Assembly: GCA_019056785.1 (NCBI GenBank)
Contig: DXJV01000078.1
Span: 1 to 50,824, forward strand
DNA from: Candidatus Heimdallarchaeota archaeon
GTDB taxonomy: Archaea > Asgardarchaeota > Heimdallarchaeia > JABLTI01
DNA length: 50,824 bases
Direction of reading: 5' to 3'
Positions within the stretch are counted from its first letter, which is position 1; the number at the start of each line of letters is the position of its first letter. Made by a program: the position numbers and the translations under genes. The notes under the pieces were generated by a model. The model saw only the letters and a list, made by a program, of their open reading frames with translations, did not search any database and was not told where the DNA came from. Below, piece after piece: positions 47,433 through 50,824 of the stretch.

Positions 47433-49262
47433 TTGATAATTAATCTTGAAACAAACATAGCAGAAGATGAAGATTACATTACGTTTTGGGAACGGCTAAA
47501 TGACATTTTCCCTTACCAATCCTACCGTAAAGAACAGTTCTCCATTATCTCTGCTATCCAAAAAGCAACTAATAAAGCTCTCTTAATTGACGCTGAAACA
47601 GGTGTAGGAAAAACTGCTGCTGTAATATCGGCCGTGTTAAGTAGGAAAGAAAAGGATGAACGCATTTTGATTTTCACAAAAATGCTGGGGCAAATGGATG
47701 CTTGGTTTCGCGAATTGGGATTAATAAATGACTATAATAGAAAAATAAAACGGCCGGCTTATACTCTGCTACCTTTAGTGGGGAAAAACCATGTCTGTCC
47801 GCTCGTCACGAGAAAAACTCAAAAACAATTTTCACAGATAGGTTGCCAACTCTTTGATTGTAATCAACCTGCTCGATACCATTCTTTTAAGAATTCTTTT
47901 GAAGAGAATGTCACCTTCCCCAAGAGAATCTTAGAAGCAATTGGCGAACAGATCAAAGGTGGCGTTGACCTTTCAGAAATACTTTGGCTACTGCAGAACA
48001 AACTTTCCCCGGAGAGTTGCCCCTATCAGTCTATAAAAATGGCTTTAAAGCAAGCCGATTTAGTAATAACAACTTATCCATTTCTTTTGAACCCTCCATA
48101 TCGGGAATTTCTCTTCGAACAAATGGGATTGGATCTTGCAAATACAACAATAATCATTGATGAAGCCCATAATTTGGCAAAGGGAACCTTCGGTGAGCTT
48201 TCCTATCGCACACTTTCGAAAGCCATTGGTGAAATTGGCCCACATCCTCTCTTTGATTTGTTATTAAATTATAAAGAAAAAACAGGTTTGCATTCACTCT
48301 CTATCCCTGAAGTGTTAAAAACGGACCTTCTAACAAAGGGAAAACGGTTTCTAAAAGAACAGTTCAAGAAGGGTTCAATTGACATTAGCTCCAGCTTGCT
48401 TGTTTATGATTTTGTAAAAAATTTGAGCTATTGCTATCTGGCTACAGACAGGAAATTCTTACTCTATCTAAAGGACCCTCGAGAGATTCTTCAGCCTTTT
48501 CAGTGGGTAAAGCAGCTGATTCTCCTTTCTGGTACCTTACGCCCCCTTCGATATTTTGCTGATTTTTTCGGAGTCCCAAAAGCAAGCAAAATATCCGTGG
48601 TCTCAGAAAAGGCAAATATTAGTAGGATAATTCTGACGACAAGTGACCCCTTAATGAACATGCGTTTTAAAGAACGAACACGAAAACGTTTTCTTTATTA
48701 TACGCAAGCAATTAAGCAATTGCTAATGGTCATCCCTGGCCATACACTCATTTTCACTCCAAATTATGAACTGACCGCTGTTTTTGCAAATACCTTAGAG
48801 ACGACTTTTGTTGAAGAACCGGCACAACCAATATCGAAATTGATTGCCCAAGTAAAAGAGTCTAAAAAACCTGCTGTGATTATTGCTCCTGCTCGAGGGA
48901 AAATCTCTGAGGGAATAGAATTCGTCAAAGATAACAAATCAATCATTTCAGCAGTGATTATTGCAGGATTGCCTTTCCCACCGCCTTCTCGTTCCTTGTC
49001 CGAAATAATCCAAAAGTACAGTCGCTTTTGGGGAGAATATCGTGCAAGACATTTCATGACAACTTTACAAGCAATTGTTACCGTTAGGCAAGCGTTAGGG
49101 CGGATGATCCGTTCCGAAAAGGATCGTGGTGCATGGATTATCCTCGATAGCCGAATCTCTTCTATGGGGGTTTTTCCCCGGGCAATAGATTGTAAAAATA
49201 CTCGCAAAATGGTGGAACACTTGGCCTACTTTTATTCCAAAAAGCACGGGAACGAAAAATGA
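47433..49262 (+). CDS. xpd: XPD/Rad3-family Fe-S DNA helicase
   Basis: Q motif YRKEQ, AETGVGKT, GKNHVC..C..C..CPY, DEAHNL, SGTL, SEGI, QALGRMIRSEKDRG. Confidence 0.9.
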   Translation: MIINLETNIAEDEDYITFWERLNDIFPYQSYRKEQFSIISAIQKATNKALLIDAETGVGKTAAVISAVLSRKEKDERILIFTKMLGQMDAWFRELGLINDYNRKIKRPAYTLLPLVGKNHVCPLVTRKTQKQFSQIGCQLFDCNQPARYHSFKNSFEENVTFPKRILEAIGEQIKGGVDLSEILWLLQNKLSPESCPYQSIKMALKQADLVITTYPFLLNPPYREFLFEQMGLDLANTTIIIDEAHNLAKGTFGELSYRTLSKAIGEIGPHPLFDLLLNYKEKTGLHSLSIPEVLKTDLLTKGKRFLKEQFKKGSIDISSSLLVYDFVKNLSYCYLATDRKFLLYLKDPREILQPFQWVKQLILLSGTLRPLRYFADFFGVPKASKISVVSEKANISRIILTTSDPLMNMRFKERTRKRFLYYTQAIKQLLMVIPGHTLIFTPNYELTAVFANTLETTFVEEPAQPISKLIAQVKESKKPAVIIAPARGKISEGIEFVKDNKSIISAVIIAGLPFPPPSRSLSEIIQKYSRFWGEYRARHFMTTLQAIVTVRQALGRMIRSEKDRGAWIILDSRISSMGVFPRAIDCKNTRKMVEHLAYFYSKKHGNEK

Positions 49263-49351
49263 ACCCATTTTTTCTTCATTTAGAGTTTTAAAAACAAAAT
49301 TTCCCGAGAGATCTTGTGAGATACATCAAAAAACTGTCAGAGGTTGGAAAA

Positions 49352-50824
49352 ATGAAAAAGAAAGTAATGATTATCCTGGCATTTTACCTCTTCATGAGCA
49401 TGAGCTATCCGTGGCAATACCAGATAGCCTTCCTAACAGATCAAAGTACATTTGCAGTTGAACATCCTTCCATATCAAAGGCTGGTTTGCAAGGAACTAT
49501 CGATGACACCAGGTTGAGACTCCAAGCTGCAAGAGATGATGAAAGCGGTACCATCGTTATCAATGATATCATTTCGCCATCTTACACTAGCCTGACAACA
49601 ACGGCGAACAGTTCACTTTCAGAGGGAAGTGACGCAACTTTCACCAGCCAAACAACATCCGCCGGCACTGGGGTTTCTGAAGGGCGAGTGGATTTTCTTG
49701 ACCTAAAACTCCTCAAAATAGACGATGATCCAACTTCTGATAGCATCTATTCGAATCGTTATGCCATAAAAATTTCTCTCCCGACAGAAACCTCCTTAGC
49801 CGGTTTTGCTGTGGATATCACTCCTACAATTCGTGAGGACATCAATTTTTATGTTAAAACAGGTCTAAATGGAGCTGTCTTAACAGAAGGGCTCATTTCA
49901 GGTTACATTGCTAGCAGTGCGCACACAACAGGGCAATTGTTGTATGTGCCTTTTAGCTATTGTGGTGCTGCGACAACTATTACTTTGAGCGCAGGAATGA
50001 ATTATTACTTCATTCTCGAACCGACAGTTTCAACAAGCAATACTTTCTTCGAATTTCACCAATCAGCTGACAATCCTGATAATATGGCAGTTTACAATTG
50101 GTGGAATTCGAATTACGAACCGGTATATACAGATGTAAATTTCTATCTCTTAACCAATGTTTCAGCAATTACAGAAAATGTTCCCGTAAATAGTGTGGGG
50201 GTGGCTTCAACTACATGGATTGCTTCGAACCAGGGAGACCATACTGTCCTTGCATGGTACGAGCGTTCAACATTCTATGGAGAAAGCTATGGTACAATTG
50301 AGCTTACTGTTTGCCCCTCTCAAGATCCCTATCAAGTATTTTTTGAACCCATACGGACTGCCTATCTGGATGAAACGCCTGTAACGGCAACAGTTTTAGA
50401 GCTGACAGATAATCCTGCTGTGGGAAAAACGGTCTTCTATTCAATTAGTTTAGACGACGGGGCAAATTGGGAATTGATAGGTTCTGCTTTAACCAATGCG
50501 TCTGGAGTTTCAGTCCTCCTACATCAATTTGATCAAGCCCCGGGCAACTATTCTTTAAAAGCTTGGGTGAATGATCTTTCATACAAAGAAGGTTATTTGT
50601 TATTGAGTGCAGAGCCTTTGTCCTGGTACGGCATTAATTTTATAGGGCAATATCGAAATAATCCCGGTGCAGAAAATTACACGAAACTCACAACAACTGT
50701 ACTCGTCTTAGATGATGAAAACCAACCCGTCAGTGGGTTAGATTTTGAATTGTGGTACAAAATCAACGGGACATACAAACACATCCCTCATATTTTCACT
50801 ACAAACAGTAGCGGACAAGCAGAC
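49352..50824 (+). CDS. Large secreted surface protein with Ig-like repeats; runs off the right end
   Basis: Not in the ORF track. Hand translation from ATG 49352 (MKKKVMIILAFYLF signal) is open to the window end. Ser/Thr-rich with repeated PV.G..V.F and TN.SG.A Ig-like motifs. Confidence 0.8.
   Translation, partial: MKKKVMIILAFYLFMSMSYPWQYQIAFLTDQSTFAVEHPSISKAGLQGTIDDTRLRLQAARDDESGTIVINDIISPSYTSLTTTANSSLSEGSDATFTSQTTSAGTGVSEGRVDFLDLKLLKIDDDPTSDSIYSNRYAIKISLPTETSLAGFAVDITPTIREDINFYVKTGLNGAVLTEGLISGYIASSAHTTGQLLYVPFSYCGAATTITLSAGMNYYFILEPTVSTSNTFFEFHQSADNPDNMAVYNWWNSNYEPVYTDVNFYLLTNVSAITENVPVNSVGVASTTWIASNQGDHTVLAWYERSTFYGESYGTIELTVCPSQDPYQVFFEPIRTAYLDETPVTATVLELTDNPAVGKTVFYSISLDDGANWELIGSALTNASGVSVLLHQFDQAPGNYSLKAWVNDLSYKEGYLLLSAEPLSWYGINFIGQYRNNPGAENYTKLTTTVLVLDDENQPVSGLDFELWYKINGTYKHIPHIFTTNSSGQAD

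Noticed and set aside
170-50384. Many short antisense or overlapping ORFs in the track (e.g. 170-379, 2842-3177, 8294-8728, 20982-21536, 50193-50384)
   Set aside because: They are shadows of well-supported genes on another frame or strand and have no recognisable motifs.

Overview
A chromosomal segment of roughly 37-38% GC from an Asgard archaeon, probably Heimdallarchaeia-like. The assignment rests on an ESCRT-I/II cluster (UEV-Vps23, Vps28, Vps22/EAP30), a longin-like domain and V4R domains. The window also carries archaeal housekeeping genes (rpl14e, cbf5, radA, a Hel308-like helicase, fen, rfcL, xpd, psd/pssA, bcp, tldD/pmbA). The most notable observation is that tldD appears split into two ORFs but is interrupted by a 50-nt insert (33517-33566). 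This insert folds with its exons into a textbook bulge-helix-bulge (BHB) motif inside the Glu codon of the HExxGH metal site, and removing it restores one 471-aa ORF. It is therefore a candidate tRNA-endonuclease-spliced mRNA intron. A tRNA-Ser(GGA) with two BHB introns (15/16 and 37/38) suggests the same machinery is in use. Other signals are a possible stand-alone Vps28-CTD paralog, a eukaryote-like Exo5, an ORB-like box next to AT-rich DNA, a strand-skew gradient across the window, and over-representation of CTCGAG. All calls were made by eye; no database search was run.
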